Below are positions 1-30,574 of a stretch of 64,000 nucleotides of DNA, piece by piece. The stretch comes from Chiloscyllium plagiosum (taxonomy: Eukaryota). Both the position numbers and the translations under genes were made by a program. Numbering within the stretch: position 1 is the stretch's first letter; every line of letters starts with the position of its first letter. The stretch lies in the NCBI RefSeq assembly GCF_004010195.1, contig NC_057713.1, forward strand, positions 99,132,449 through 99,196,448, read 5' to 3'. The notes beneath the pieces were generated by a model, which searched no databases, had not been told where the DNA came from, and saw nothing but the letters and a program-made list of their open reading frames with translations.

Positions 1-160
1 CTCCACCCTGGAGGCAACCTGCCTCTATTCCTGATGAAGGGCTTTTGCCTGAAACATCGATTTTCCTGCTCCTCGGATGCTGCCTGACCTGCTGTGCTTT
101 TCCGGCACCACTCTGATCTAAACTCTGGTTTCCAGCATCTGCAGTCCTCACTTTTGCCTA
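1..160 (+). mobile_element. Penelope-like element 3' terminal fragment with minimal hammerhead motif
   Basis: CTGATGA-agggcttttgcct-GAAAC at 31-55, followed by the terminus shared with 15963-16094 and 14850-15064. Confidence 0.7.
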
Positions 161-2609
161 ATCTTCTAATTGCATACAAATTCTCCAGGAATCTAAACTT
201 CCCATCCATTCCATACTTGATGTATTTACAAACATACAAAATAGGAGTGAGAGTGGATCATTGGACTTCTTGAGCCTGTTCCTGCAATCAGTAAGATCAT
301 GGCTGATCGTTTTGTGTTTTGAATTCCCTATGCACATTTACCTCTGCCCCTTATTTCCTGGCCAATAAGAATCTATCCATCTGTGTCTTAAAGATATTCG
401 ATTACTGTCTCTACTACCTATTGCAGATCAATTGTGCGTGTAAAAATAGGGAAATCCTTGTTCGAGAATGAAAGCTAAAATGGTAGAATGAGGTGAATTT
501 TACACAATTTCTTGTCAATGAGATCACATTTCTCTCAACTGCAGCACAATGGAAGACCCTTGATCTGGTAGCTGGTCAGTTAGACGTGGGTTTCAATTGA
601 ATTAACGATTTGACTCTGAGTTTGAAGGGATCAAAGACAATGGACCGAATCTTATGTTTTTTTTTAAACAAAGTCCAAGTTGCATCACTATGGAAAGTAA
701 CTGTGGGTATTCCTCTCCCAGTAGCTTCCAGCCTCCACCTGAATGTGCCAGTGAGCAACCCCACCCCCCAACACCACCAAAACATTCACATTCCCTACCT
801 TGTAGCCTGGCCTGTAAACCCCATAGGCTCCACGCTTCCCAAATCTCCACCAAACCTATCTACCTGTGCATCTCCTTGTGTTTTTCAATCCATTGCCTGA
901 CGTAAGTGACCAATTGAGGGCTGGTCATTCATTTATTAGCCATGGCCTACTTCCTTGATTAGGGACATGAACAGACAGTCCTAGTCAGACCTAGACTGTA
1001 CCTATACATCTGAGTGCATCAGCACTACCATTCAATCACCACCCCATCCCTAACCAATTACCAGATTGACTGCCACATTACCAACAGACTGATGGTGACT
1101 CTGTCTTTTGTGACTGTGTGCTAATTGGTAAGGCATGGCAATGATTCTGTGGTCATGCACGAAGGTGCTAGGTGAGTGAGCATGAGAGAGCAAGCAGACA
1201 GCCCAGTCTGTGAACTGGGATGCCTGTGCCTGTGTGTACAATGTCCCCACTGCAGCCTTGCAGTGCTAATTTCTGGCTCGCCCTGCAATGCAAGTTTGCA
1301 CTTTCAGAGTACACTGCCACTTCATTGAAGAAGTGCCAGGATGAGCGTGGGGCTGACAGATGCTGAATGCCAGTGCTTGTTTATGAGGTGTGCGTGTGAC
1401 TTGTGTTCTGGGCAGTATTTTAGCTGTAGCTCACCTGGAGCATGCGCTGATCTGAATCCATCAGGTGCACAGTCCTGTTTTCTTGGTGAGGTTTCCCAAC
1501 ATTAAGCTTGTTTGATAAGGTGGGAGCCTTGATATTAATGAGATGGGTTGTACCATTAATAAGCTGTATATCAAGTTTTAATCTCCATTAATTACCATCT
1601 CATCGCTACCCAGAGAATCTCGCTATGCTGCTTGTGAAAAGTATAAAAGATGGTGTGAGTTGCTTTTGATGTTGATACGGGTCTCACTATACTTGTCAGC
1701 TGATTCTGTGTCTCAGCTCATCATAGTTCACGTCACTTAGATCCCCAATAAATTCTGCGTTGTGATTTCTGGAGCTTTCTCTGATCCCAGGAAATAATGG
1801 GGGGCAGTTGGGAGGGGGAGGAAAGGGGATGGGGAGCGTTGGTCTTTGTGGGGGAGGAAGGGGGATTGGGGGGTGGCGTGGGTGTGGGATGTTCATTAAA
1901 GGGTTGTGTGGACTTGATGGGCTGAATGGCCTGCTTCCACACTGTAGGGATTTTCACTCTTGCCTGTGAATAAACCAGCCCAGATTGCAGCAGCACAGAC
2001 TGAAAAGGGACAGTATAAAGCTTGGCTTTAATAACCAAGACTGACTGAGGAGGCCCTTCAAGGCCGTCTGTGGTCTAAGCTGGAGGGTAAGTGCCTTCAT
2101 CCACCCAGGCTGCAGCCACTGGAGAAACATTGTATAGCAATGCCAAGAGAGGCAAAGGGACACGAGGCCTGGCACGAAGGGAATGGACATGGGATTGGCT
2201 TTTTAAATTCATAGTCACATTTATTAATCGAGATTGGAATATGCTTTTTATTCTCTTTCCAACAATGCCTTTTTAAAACAAAAATTGACAAGTAATCAGG
2301 GAACAGTGAAGTGAGTGCAGAAGTGTGATTCAAGATAACATATGGATAATCACTCATTAATACTTCTTCTCGAGCAGGGGACGAGCTGAGAATAGTTCAT
2401 AGGTCAGTGCACCATCGAGGGCTGAAGGGCCTGTTCTGCGCTGTATTGTTCTATGCTCTATATGTTCTATGAAAAGGGCTGTAAACATCTTAGCTAGTCT
2501 TGCTTCCTGTTGTTCCTCCTGATTGTGCAACTGTCTCTCAGCTTCTTGCACGATAGCTCTTTTTCTCATAGTGATCAGATTGTACAAAATGCAACATACC
2601 GTTCTAAAT

Positions 2610-2731
2610 CTGATGAAGGAACGGCGCTCTGAAAGCTGGTGTGCTTCCACTTAAACCTGTTGGACTATAACCTGGTGTTGTGTGATATTTAACTTTGTAC
2701 ACCCCTATCCAACACCGACATCTCCAAATCA
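2610..2731 (+). mobile_element. PLE terminal fragment (second family) starting at its hammerhead core
   Basis: CTGATGA...GAAAGCT; same family as 33490-33673; flanked by the 10-bp direct repeat ttctaaatct (2602-2611, 2732-2741). Confidence 0.65.
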
Positions 2732-4357
2732 TTCTAAATCTTGATACCTATTTAACAGAATACACAGAGGGCTTATTCAGAGAGACCTAGGCAATGAGCT
2801 ATTGCTTAAGGATGGCAGTTGTGAGCTGTTCATGGTAGCAACTTGGCTCTCACTTCAGGTCTGCTGCACATATTATGTGAATTGAAGATGCAAGCTTGAG
2901 TGTCTAAGCTTTATCAGCCATTAGCTACCCTTTGACTTGCTGTAATCTGTTAACTAACTGATAGAGGATTGCAGCAGAATGAATGAATCCTAGTTTTCTG
3001 TAGATTGAGGAATTAGAATCCCTTTGGTCCATTAAAGTGACCATGAGACCCCAGCAAGCCAATGTGTGTGGTCACTCGCACCTTGCATTGAGAAATCTGC
3101 CCAAGTCCTCATGCTAAATTTGTTTTTTGGCTTAGGAAAGCATAAATGGGATGGAGCTTACTTTTCAATGTGGAGAAACCGTGATCTCCATGTGCTGCAA
3201 AATGTGATTACTCTCCAACAGCACCCTGAAAGGAGCCGGATGCATTAAAATTGAGCTGCAGTCACCTTAACAACCACAAGTATTGCTATCCTAACTCTAC
3301 TTTGAGATTGTGGGTGCAACAATTTGTAAATTTAAGTCCTCACACCTATAGTGAAGCAAGCCGGTTTTGAGCCTATTTCCTCATTAAAGGCAAGGTAAGG
3401 GAATTCCATTTTAAAGACCCTGGGGAGATAATTACCTACTGCTGAGAACTACTGCTCTTGACTGTTGGCTTTGTTCATGGATCAGTTCAATTACAAGAGG
3501 AAGAGCTATCCTACATTTTTGGATGCACTTTGTTTCAATTGAACTTTTTAAAGGAACAAAATCTACTTCGGCACCAGCCAGACCATGTCCTGTAAAATAT
3601 TGAAACTTCAGTTAAGTGTCACAAAGCTCCAAACATGTATGTCAGCAACCAGAATAAGTAATCCATCAACTAATCACGAATAGTTGTAACATTGCTGGTC
3701 AGCAGATGCTCCTTCGTGCTACTGAATATTATTCCGTCATACAAAGTAAAGACAGGATTTAAACTGGAGCTTGTAAAGTGCAGTGCTGGCTTTAGATCAG
3801 GGTGGCTTCACATGCTTCTAGCAGTATGTTTGTGGGTATTCCTTAATCAATTAGGTTCTGGCACATTTGAAGCTGCATTGCATTTTTTAAACATAAAGTG
3901 CAAGAGAGTCCAAGTTTTCCTACATAATCTTCCAGCCATCTGCTTGACCTCGAGGGTCTAACCTTTATCAGCCATTAGCAACCCTTTGACTTGCTGCAAT
4001 GTGTTAACTAACTGACAGAAGATTGCAACAGAATGAAGGAATCCTAGTTGCCTGTTTAATTCATCTGGCTTCTTTCACGCTGCTGTTGGAGAGTAACCAC
4101 ATTTTGCTGTACATGGAGATCACTGTTGCTTCACATTGAAGAGGAAGCTCCATCCCATTTATGGTTCCTAATGCCAAAGGTACTTGACCTCATTCAAGTC
4201 TCTCACGCGGATTGTATTTTCCTTGGTGGTCTTAATTAGCTTCTCAATTTCTGGATCAACCTATCCACATTTTGCATGAAAGAAGTACAGGAAGGGAGTG
4301 TGGATGTTGCAGGCATCTGTTATCCATCCCCAAATACTTTTGAACAAGTAGACTGCT

Positions 4358-7177
4358 AAATTAAACTGCATTTAATTCAATGCAAGAGCCCGAACAGGAA
4401 GCCACACGAACTCAGGGCATGGTTAGGAACATGGGACTGGAATATCATAACAATTCCAGAAACACTGCTCAGGGATGGACAGGACTGGCAGCTTAATGTT
4501 TCTGGATACAAATGCGATAAGGAGGAGAGAAAGGGGTGGGGGGGGGCAAGAGAGGAGGGGGAGTACCATTTTTGATAAGGAATAGCATTACTGCTGTACC
4601 TAGGGAGGATATTCCTGGGAATATTTCCAGGGAAGTTATTTGGATGGAACTGTGAAATAAGAAAGGGATGATAACCTTATTGAGATTGTATTATAGACCC
4701 CCTAATAGTTAACGGGAAATTGAGAAACAAATTTGTAAGGAGATTTCAGTTAATTGTAAGAACAATAGGGTGGTTGTGGTAGGGGATTTAACTTTTCACA
4801 CATATAGACTGGAACTGCCACAGCGTTAAGGGTTTAGCTGGAGAGTATTTAAGTGTGTCCAAGAAAATTTTCTGATTATTATGTGGATATTCCTACTAGA
4901 GAAGGAGCAAAACCTGACTGACCCTTGGGAAGTAAGGCAGGGCAGGTGACTAAGGTGTTAGTGGGGCAGCACTTTGGGGCCAGTGACCATAATTCTATTA
5001 GTTTTAAAATAATGATGGAAAAGGATAGACCAGATCTAAAAGTTGAAGTTCTAGATTGGAGGAAAGCCAATTTTGTCGGTATTAGACAAGAACTTTCAAA
5101 AGCTGATTGAGGTAGATGTCCGCAGGTAAAGGGACGGCTGGAAAATGGGAAGCCTTCAGAAATGAGATAACAAGAATCCAGAGAAAGTATATTCCTGTTT
5201 GGGTGAAAGGAAAGTCTGGTAGGTGTAGGGAATGCTGGATGACAGAGAAATTGAGGTTTTGGTGAAGAAAAAGCAGGAAGTATATGTCGGGTATAGACAG
5301 GATATATCGAGTGAATCCTTAGAGTACAAAGGCAGTAGGAGTATACTTAAGAGGGAAATCAGGAGGGCAAAAAGGGAACATAGCTTTGGCAAATAGGGTT
5401 AAGGAGAATCCAAAGGGTTTTTATAAATACATTTAAGGACAAAAGGGTAACCAGGGAGAGAATAGGGCCCCTCAAGGGTCAGCAAGGCAGCCCTTTGCTT
5501 GGAGGAGATACGAAATGAGTATTTTTCATCAGTGTTTACAGTGGAATAGGACAGGGAAGATATAGAATGTGGGGATATTGATGGTGACATCTTGAAAAAT
5601 GTCCATATTACAGAGGAGGAAGTGCTGGATGTCTTGAAACAGATAAAGGTGGATGTGTACCCTAGAACTCTGTGGGAAGCTAGAGAAGTGATTGCTGGGC
5701 CCTTTGCTTCATATTTGAATCATCAACTGTCACGGGTGAGGTGCCGGAAAACTGGAGGTTGGGTAATGTGGTGCCACTATTTAAGAAAGGTGGTAAGGAA
5801 AAGCCAGGGAACTATAGCCTGACATTGGTGGTGGGCAAATTGTTGGAGGGAATCCTGAGGGACAGGATGTACAAGTATTTGGAAAGGAAAGGACTGATTG
5901 GGATTGTCAGAGTGGCTTTGTGCATGGGAAATCATGTCTCACGAACTTGATTGAGTTTTTTTGAAGAAGAAATAAAGAGGATTGAGGGCAGAGCAGTGGA
6001 TGTGATCTATATGGACTTCAGTAAGACGTTTGACACGGTTCTCCATGGGACACTGGTTAGCAAGGTTAGATCTCGTGGAATACAAGAAGACCTAGCAATT
6101 TGGATACAGAACTGGCTCGAAGGTAGAAGACAGAGTATTGTGGTGGAGGGTTGCTTTTCAGAGTATAGGCCTGTGATCAGTGGAGTGCCACAAGGATCGG
6201 TGCTGGGAGCTCTAATCATCATTTACATAAATGATTTGGATGTGAACATAGGAGGTATGGTTAGTAAGTTTGCAGATGACACCAAAATTGGAGGCGTAGT
6301 GGACAGCGAAGAGGGTTACCTCAGAGTACAATGAGATCTTGATCAGATGGGCCAATGGGCTGAGGAATGGCAGATGGAGTTAAATTTGGATAAATGTGAG
6401 CTGCTGCACTTTGGAAAGGCAAATCTTAGCAGGACTTGTACACTTAGTGGTAAGGCCCTAGGGAGTGTTTCTGAACAAAGAGACATTGGAGTGCAGGTTC
6501 ATAGTTTCTTGAAAGTGGCCTTGCAGGTAGATAGGATAGTGAAGAAGGCGATTGGTATGCTTTCCTTTGGTCAGGGTATTGACTGTAGGAGTTGGGAGGT
6601 CATGTTGCGGCTGTACAGGACATTGGTTAGACCACTTTTGGAATATTGCGTGCTATTCTGGTCTCCTTTCTATCGGGAAGATGTTGTGAAACTTGAAAGG
6701 GTTCAGAAAAGATTTACACGGATGTTGCCAGGGTTTGAGTTAAAGGGAGAGGTTGAATAGGCTGGGGCTGTTTTCCCTGGAGCATCGGAGGCTGAGGGGT
6801 GACTTTATCAAGGTTTATAAGATAATGAGGGGCATGAAGAGGATAAATAGACAAAGTCTTTTCCTTGGAGTGGAGGAGTCCAGAACCAGAGGGCATAGGT
6901 TTAGAGTGAGAGGGGAAAGGTATAACAGAGACCTAAAGGGCAACGTTTCACGCAGAAGGTGGTATGTGTATCAATTGAGCTGCCAGAGGATGTGGAGGAG
7001 GCTGGTGTAACTATAGCATTTAAAAGGCATCTGGATGAGTATATGAATAGAAAAGTCTTGGAGGCATGTGGGCCAAGTGCTGGCAAATGGGACTAGAATA
7101 GTTTAGAATAACTGGTTGGCATGGAGAAGTTGGACCAAAGGGTCTGTTTCTGTGCTGTACAACTCTGAGACTCTATA
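4358..7177 (+). mobile_element. CR1-clade (HER1-like) LINE ORF2, endonuclease plus RT, degraded
   Basis: Motifs YRPP, SDHNSI, YMDFSK.FD, GVPQGSVLG, FADDTK and RPLLEYC, plus the CR1 3' tail; many stops and frameshifts. Confidence 0.93.
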
Positions 7178-9069
7178 ACTGAGTGGCTTATTTAGCCATT
7201 TCAGGAGGCAGTTAAAAGTCAACTACATTGCTATGGGTCTGGAGTAGTATGTAGGCCACATCAGGGCAGGAAGACAAATTTCCTTTCCTAAAGGACATTA
7301 ATGAACAATTGATAGTCATTAGCACCATTACAGAGATTAACTTCTGTTCCAACTTTATTAAATACTGTAAATTTTACCAATTGCTGTGGTAGTATTTGAT
7401 TGTCTCCCAGAGCACTAACTTGAGCCTTGATTAATTCAGTGACATCGTATGGCACCACCAGCCCGAGTAATAAAATTACCCAGGCAGTTCAAATTGATAG
7501 TTTTCCAGCCCGTTACAACATTGTCGTGGAGAGATCAATACCGGGGGGGGGGGGCATAGATTTCAAATAAAGGGCAGGAGGTTTAGATGGGATTTGAGGA
7601 AGAATTTTTTCCGCCTAGAGAATGTTGGAAGTCATGACCTGGAAAAGGTGTTAGCGGTGGGAACTGTCAGAACATTTCAGTAGTATTTAGATGATAACCT
7701 AAAGTGCCACAGCAAACAAGGCTATGGGTCAAGTGCTGGAAAATGAGATCAGAATGTATAGGTGGTTGGTTATCTGGCACAGGCATGATGAATTGAAAGG
7801 CCCCTTTCTTACTATGCTGTAAAACTGACTATATAAATGCTGAAAGCACCAGGATTTTAAGAACCTCCACCCCCCCCCCCCAAAAAAAGCACCCATGGAT
7901 CCTCATTAAGAAAAACTTTACTTCCAGTGATTTAACTTCATGCTCGCTTACAATCTTTAAAATACTGGGAATACTTCACATGCATTTAAACAGGTTAAAA
8001 TACTGTATTTGAATGCCTGCTTTAAGTAGTTCTAATTGTTTTAAGTTCCAAAGGCTACTTTAAGCTGAAAGACGCGTTTACTTTTCTCTTTAACTCATCT
8101 TTACAGTTGGCAGTTATATGATAATCGATCGTAACGTTTTGAAAAGTTAACTGCCGGTGAAACTGGCACAAGTCGCTTAGCGGCAGGAAGCATTGGCAAA
8201 GGTAGGAAAGGGGTATTGATTCGCAAGTGCCAAATGCATTTAATTTTATTTTGCTCTACCTGCTGCTGTCTGAATGTTCGTTTGCTGGTGCTCTGCTAGT
8301 TCGATTAGTTGCTGTGCCAACTTCTCCAATTAATATGTTTGATACCTATTGCCCTTGATGTGCTGGATGTGTCACAAGTTCCTTAATTGACTATTTGATT
8401 TTGTAGTTAATTGGTTGCTGTCCTGCTGCTCGTTGACTTGTGTTTTGCAGTGCCCTGTGGTCATCGTAACTTAATTAATTTCAGACCTGCCTACTTTTGC
8501 CCATTTAGTCAGTGGTTGGAGTAGCACAAATATTGTTCACTCACTGCTGTCTACTTAGTAGCTGTCTGCAGTGCTAATTGGCTTGTTTTAGTTGTCCATT
8601 TATAACGGAGTTTGTGTAAATTGCTTTGCTTCCTGTGCTTCTGGTTCTTTGCTCCGATTTGAATGTTGACAGAAAGTGGAAGAATCTAGTTCTAATTTTC
8701 AGTTCTGTTTTTTTTTAGTAAGCTGTTCTGTTGGAGTGATCTGACGACATGTTTTTGGGAAGATTGAGATGCAACTTTCCTACTTTGACACCAACAGAAA
8801 TACATGGAAAAAGGAAAATAATGTGTACAAATCCTATATAAATTTAACATACCTTAATTTGATCTTTACATTGTTGGATTTTTCTGACTTGTAACTTGCA
8901 ATGTACTACTTACCAATTTAAGCAGTTCAACTTTCTTAAATATCCTGAAAACAACTTTTGGAGTTCCTGCAATAAGTAACTTGTGCTTTGTATAATGTAT
9001 GCATTCAGTATTCCATTTGGGAGTATTTTTTAGTCATAAGCATAACTGGGTGGCCATCTTTGAATCATC

Positions 9070-9950
9070 TAGAACATATCATACACCAGCCATTTGGCCC
9101 AACTATCCATGCCAGTGTTTACACTCCATTTGGATCTCCTCCAATTAGTTCGCATCTAAATCTGTTATTGTAATCTTCCATTGTCTTCTCCCTCCTACAT
9201 TTGTCTGGTTTCCCTTTGAATGTATCGGTACTATTCACTTCAACCATTCCCTCTGGTAGCAAGTTCCACATTCTCACCATTTCATAGTTAAAGAAATTGC
9301 TTCTGAATTCCCAATTGGATTCTCAATGACTATTTTATATTGATGGCCTGTAGTATTGATCTTCTCCACAAGAGGAAGCATTTTCTCTGCATCAACTCTA
9401 TCAATACCTTTTAGGAATCTTGAATACCTCTATTGGGTAACTCTTCAAACCTGATGTTGCAAGAGAAAAGGGGCCCAGTTTATTTAATCCTTTCCTGATA
9501 GATATACCCTTCCGTTTTGTCTTTGTACTGGGAAATCTTTTCAGCACCCTCTCTAGTGCTGTTTGTAATAGAATTGTAATCAAGGCTCGATACAGATTGC
9601 GCATGACTAGCTTGTTTTTCAATCCAGTGCTAGAATTAAAGCCTGTTACCAGACATTTTCTATTAGGATCTTGCTAACCAATGAAGCAAGATTGATTGTA
9701 TTTGTTCTTTGAGATCCCTTCGTTCCCCTCCCCCATATTCTAGTCTTGACAAAGTGTACTGCGTATTAATTTGACTTTCATTCACCAACTACTAATAAAA
9801 TTGGAGTCGACCAAGTCTTCCTGCAGTATTAATCTTGACTGTGACCTGAAGTTGGTGTCTCCACAAATTTAGAAATTATTGTTATTCCAAAATCCAAATC
9901 ACTAATGTAAATTGTGAATAGCAGTGACCCCAGCACTGATCCATCTATAT
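9070..9950 (-). mobile_element. Old CR1 LINE 3' fragment
   Basis: Diverged similarity to the other CR1 3' regions; ORF 9401..9622 contains LERV.KRF...LNKLG.FSL. Confidence 0.6.
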
Positions 9951-10214
9951 AATGTGTACTACATGATAGTAAAAAGCACATCTTCAAAACCACAGTAAGC
10001 AGCACCGATCTGCTGAAATGCTGAAAAGTCCCCAGGTTGCAAATGGGTTCCTTTTTGGAGTCAGTTTACAAGACTAACAGTGGAAAGCAGCTGCTCATAA
10101 GTGCTGGAAATGTTTTTATATTGGGTCTTTAAATTTTAAAACCCTGTTTATGATTGTGTTCATCACTACAAGCATTTGTAAATCAGGGATCCTCTGTAGA
10201 TGTATATTTCCTGA

Positions 10215-10392
10215 AATATAGTGCTGGAGAAACTCTGGCAGGATCAGTGGAGAAAGACAAAGTTAACAATCCAATATCAGACTTGAAACATTTAGTTCAG
10301 TTTCTGTTTCTACAGATATTGCTCAACTTGCTGAGTTTCTCTAGCACTTTGTTTTTATTTCATATCTCCAACATCTGTAGTACTTAGCTTTT
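10215..10392. mobile_element. Degenerate inverted (hairpin) PLE terminus
   Basis: Inverted arms agtgctggagaaactc and gagtttctctagcact; same terminus as 37432-37560. Confidence 0.5.
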
Positions 10393-11011
10393 GTTTAGTT
10401 GTATATTTTCTGTTTGTTAAGCATTGTAATGGTTTTGAACAGCACTCTTGATAATTAGTGGATATTCTTTAACAATATAAAGTAATAAATTAATTTAAGC
10501 TAAATGGAGAAATATAAAAGTAGACCGAAATAATTTTCTTCATAGTTGGATTATTTCAGAATGTAGCGTTATGTATGTCTGCTACCTGCCTACTAACCCA
10601 GTGTCCTACCAGTGTGCAAAGTACTGAATTAAACCGGAAGGATCACTGTTCAAACATATTATGATTCTCCATGGAAGGTGGGATTTGAACTGGCCCAGTA
10701 GTAGAAACCACCATTGTGCTAGGAGACCACTCTTTTATCTCTGTGTTGTAGCAATATAATAAATCATAAACACTAATGCCTGCTTCTGTTACTTGAATGG
10801 ACAAGGTTATTAAGCCCCACTGCCTCAAGTGCTACTGTGCCATGTTCTTCCCAGCTTTTTCCACCATATGATGCTAAAGAAGACCATACAAATTAATCTG
10901 TCAGCGTTTATTTTCACCACCTTATCCATGTTATTTCAGTAAAATCTCTTTCCTATCTTTTCTATCCTCTTGACATTTTTCCCTAAGTGAAGAGGCCCAG
11001 ACTTAATAATG

Positions 11012-11982
11012 GATAGAGTCATAGAGATGTACAGCACGGAAACAGATCCTTCAGTCCAACTCGTCCATGCTGACCAGATATCCCAACCCAATCTAGTCCC
11101 ACCTGCCAGCACCTGGCCCATATCCCTCCAAACCCTTCCTATTCATATATCCATCCAGATGCCTCTTAAATGTTGCAATTGTACCAGCCTCCACCACATC
11201 CTCTGGCAGCTCATTCCATACACGTACCACTCTCTGTGTGAAAACGTTGCCCCTTAGGTCTCTTTTATATCTTTCCCCTCTCACCCTAAACCTATGCCCT
11301 CTGGTTCTAAACACCCCCACCCCAGGGAAAAACCTTTGCCTATTTATCCTCTCCCTGCCCCTCATGATTTTATAAAGCTCTATAAGGTCACCCCTCCGCC
11401 TCCGATGCTCCAGGGAAAACAGCCCTAACCTATTCAATCTCTCCTGATAGCCCAAATCCTCCAACTCTGGCAACATCTTTGTAAGTCTTTTCTGAACCCT
11501 TTCAGGTTTCACAACATCTTTCCAATAGAAAGGAGACCAGAATTGCGCGCAATATTCCAACAGTGGCCTAACAAATGTCCTGTACAGCCGCAACATGACC
11601 TCCCAACTCCTGTACTCAATACTGTGACCAATAAAGGAAAGCATACCAAACGCCGCCTTCACTATCCTATCTACCTGCGACTCCACTTTCAAGGAGCTAT
11701 GAACCTGCACTCCAAGGTCTTCTTGTTCAGCAACACTCCCTAGGACCTTACCATTAAGTGTATAAGTCCTGTTATGGTTGCTTTCCCAAAATGCAGCAAC
11801 TCACATTTATCTAAATTAAACTCCATCTACCACTTTGGCCCATCTGATCGAGATTCTGCTGTACTCTGAGGTAACCTTCTTCGCTGTCCACTACACTGAC
11901 AATTTTGGTGTCATCTGCAAACTTACTAACTATACCTCTTATGCACGCATCCAAATCATTTATATAAATGATGAAAAGTAGT
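11012..11982 (-). mobile_element. CR1 LINE 3' fragment (RT C-terminus and tail)
   Basis: ORF 11093..11710 matches the RT C-terminus of 6347-7100. Confidence 0.93.
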
Positions 11983-12129
11983 GTTCACCTAGACAGTGAA
12001 AACAGGATAGTCAGCTCTACCCTTTTCCTTGGTGTGAGCCGTAGCTCACTGGCTAACTCTAATGTGTCAAATCACAAAGCCTGTGAAATGGAACACTGTC
12101 CTGGGCAATTAACCACATAATCTATACTG

Positions 12130-12300
12130 TCACTCCAAAGCAGTATTGAGAGAGTGTCATCTTTCAACTTGAGATGTTAAACCAAATCTCCTTCTACCCT
12201 CCTTTTGAGTATAGAAAATTGCATCTCAAGAAGAGCAGTTCTCTTCCAGTGACCTGGTTCAAATTTATACCTTGACCAGCATTTACCACATTGATATTTG
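12130..12300 (+). mobile_element. Deu-domain SINE remnant (SacSINE-like)
   Basis: cagtattgag...gagatgttaaacc...gaagagcag...tttat resembles the Deu core; similar to the copies at 46300 and 48600. Confidence 0.5.
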
Positions 12301-12562
12301 TAGGATCTTGCTTTGCTCAAATTAGTTACCTTTCTGTAATATTAACTATGCTTCAGGTAAATTTTGTAAAGTTTGGGGACATCCTTATAGCATGAAAGAT
12401 GCTTCATGATGCAAATCTTTTCCTTAAGTGAATCGAAATGACATATTATTACCCCAGCTAAAACCATCTGACTTGGCACAGGTCTTCCTGGTCTGCAGTA
12501 TGTACGTTTGTGTCTCAGTATCGTCTCATTCTGGTTTTTGACCTTTCTTTTTTGCTTTTCAG

Positions 12563-30496
<17,934 letters not shown>

Positions 30497-30568
30497 TTAT
30501 GACAGAGATTGCTCCAGCCAGAATATTAAATATTTGAGTTATAGGTGTTAAATTGCCAATCACTGAAC

Positions 30569-30574
30569 AATAAA
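30569..30574 (+). promoter_or_regulatory. Candidate TOPAZ1 polyadenylation signal AATAAA
   Basis: First AATAAA, about 70 nt after the TOPAZ1 stop. Confidence 0.5.

Noticed and set aside
480-1690. Possible Harbinger/Myb-SANT transposon remnant
   Set aside because: Only a faint impression; no convincing motif or terminal repeats.
1799-1890. G-quadruplex-like G-rich tract (also 50700-50780)
   Set aside because: Low-complexity sequence with no evidence of function from sequence alone.
5951-6760. Functional reverse transcriptase gene (also 27432-28402)
   Set aside because: Broken by stops and frameshifts; inactive CR1 copies.
8107-8201. Possible upstream TOPAZ1 exon (ttacag...gtagga)
   Set aside because: Stop codons in all three frames; no further TOPAZ1 exon could be supported in 1-12562.
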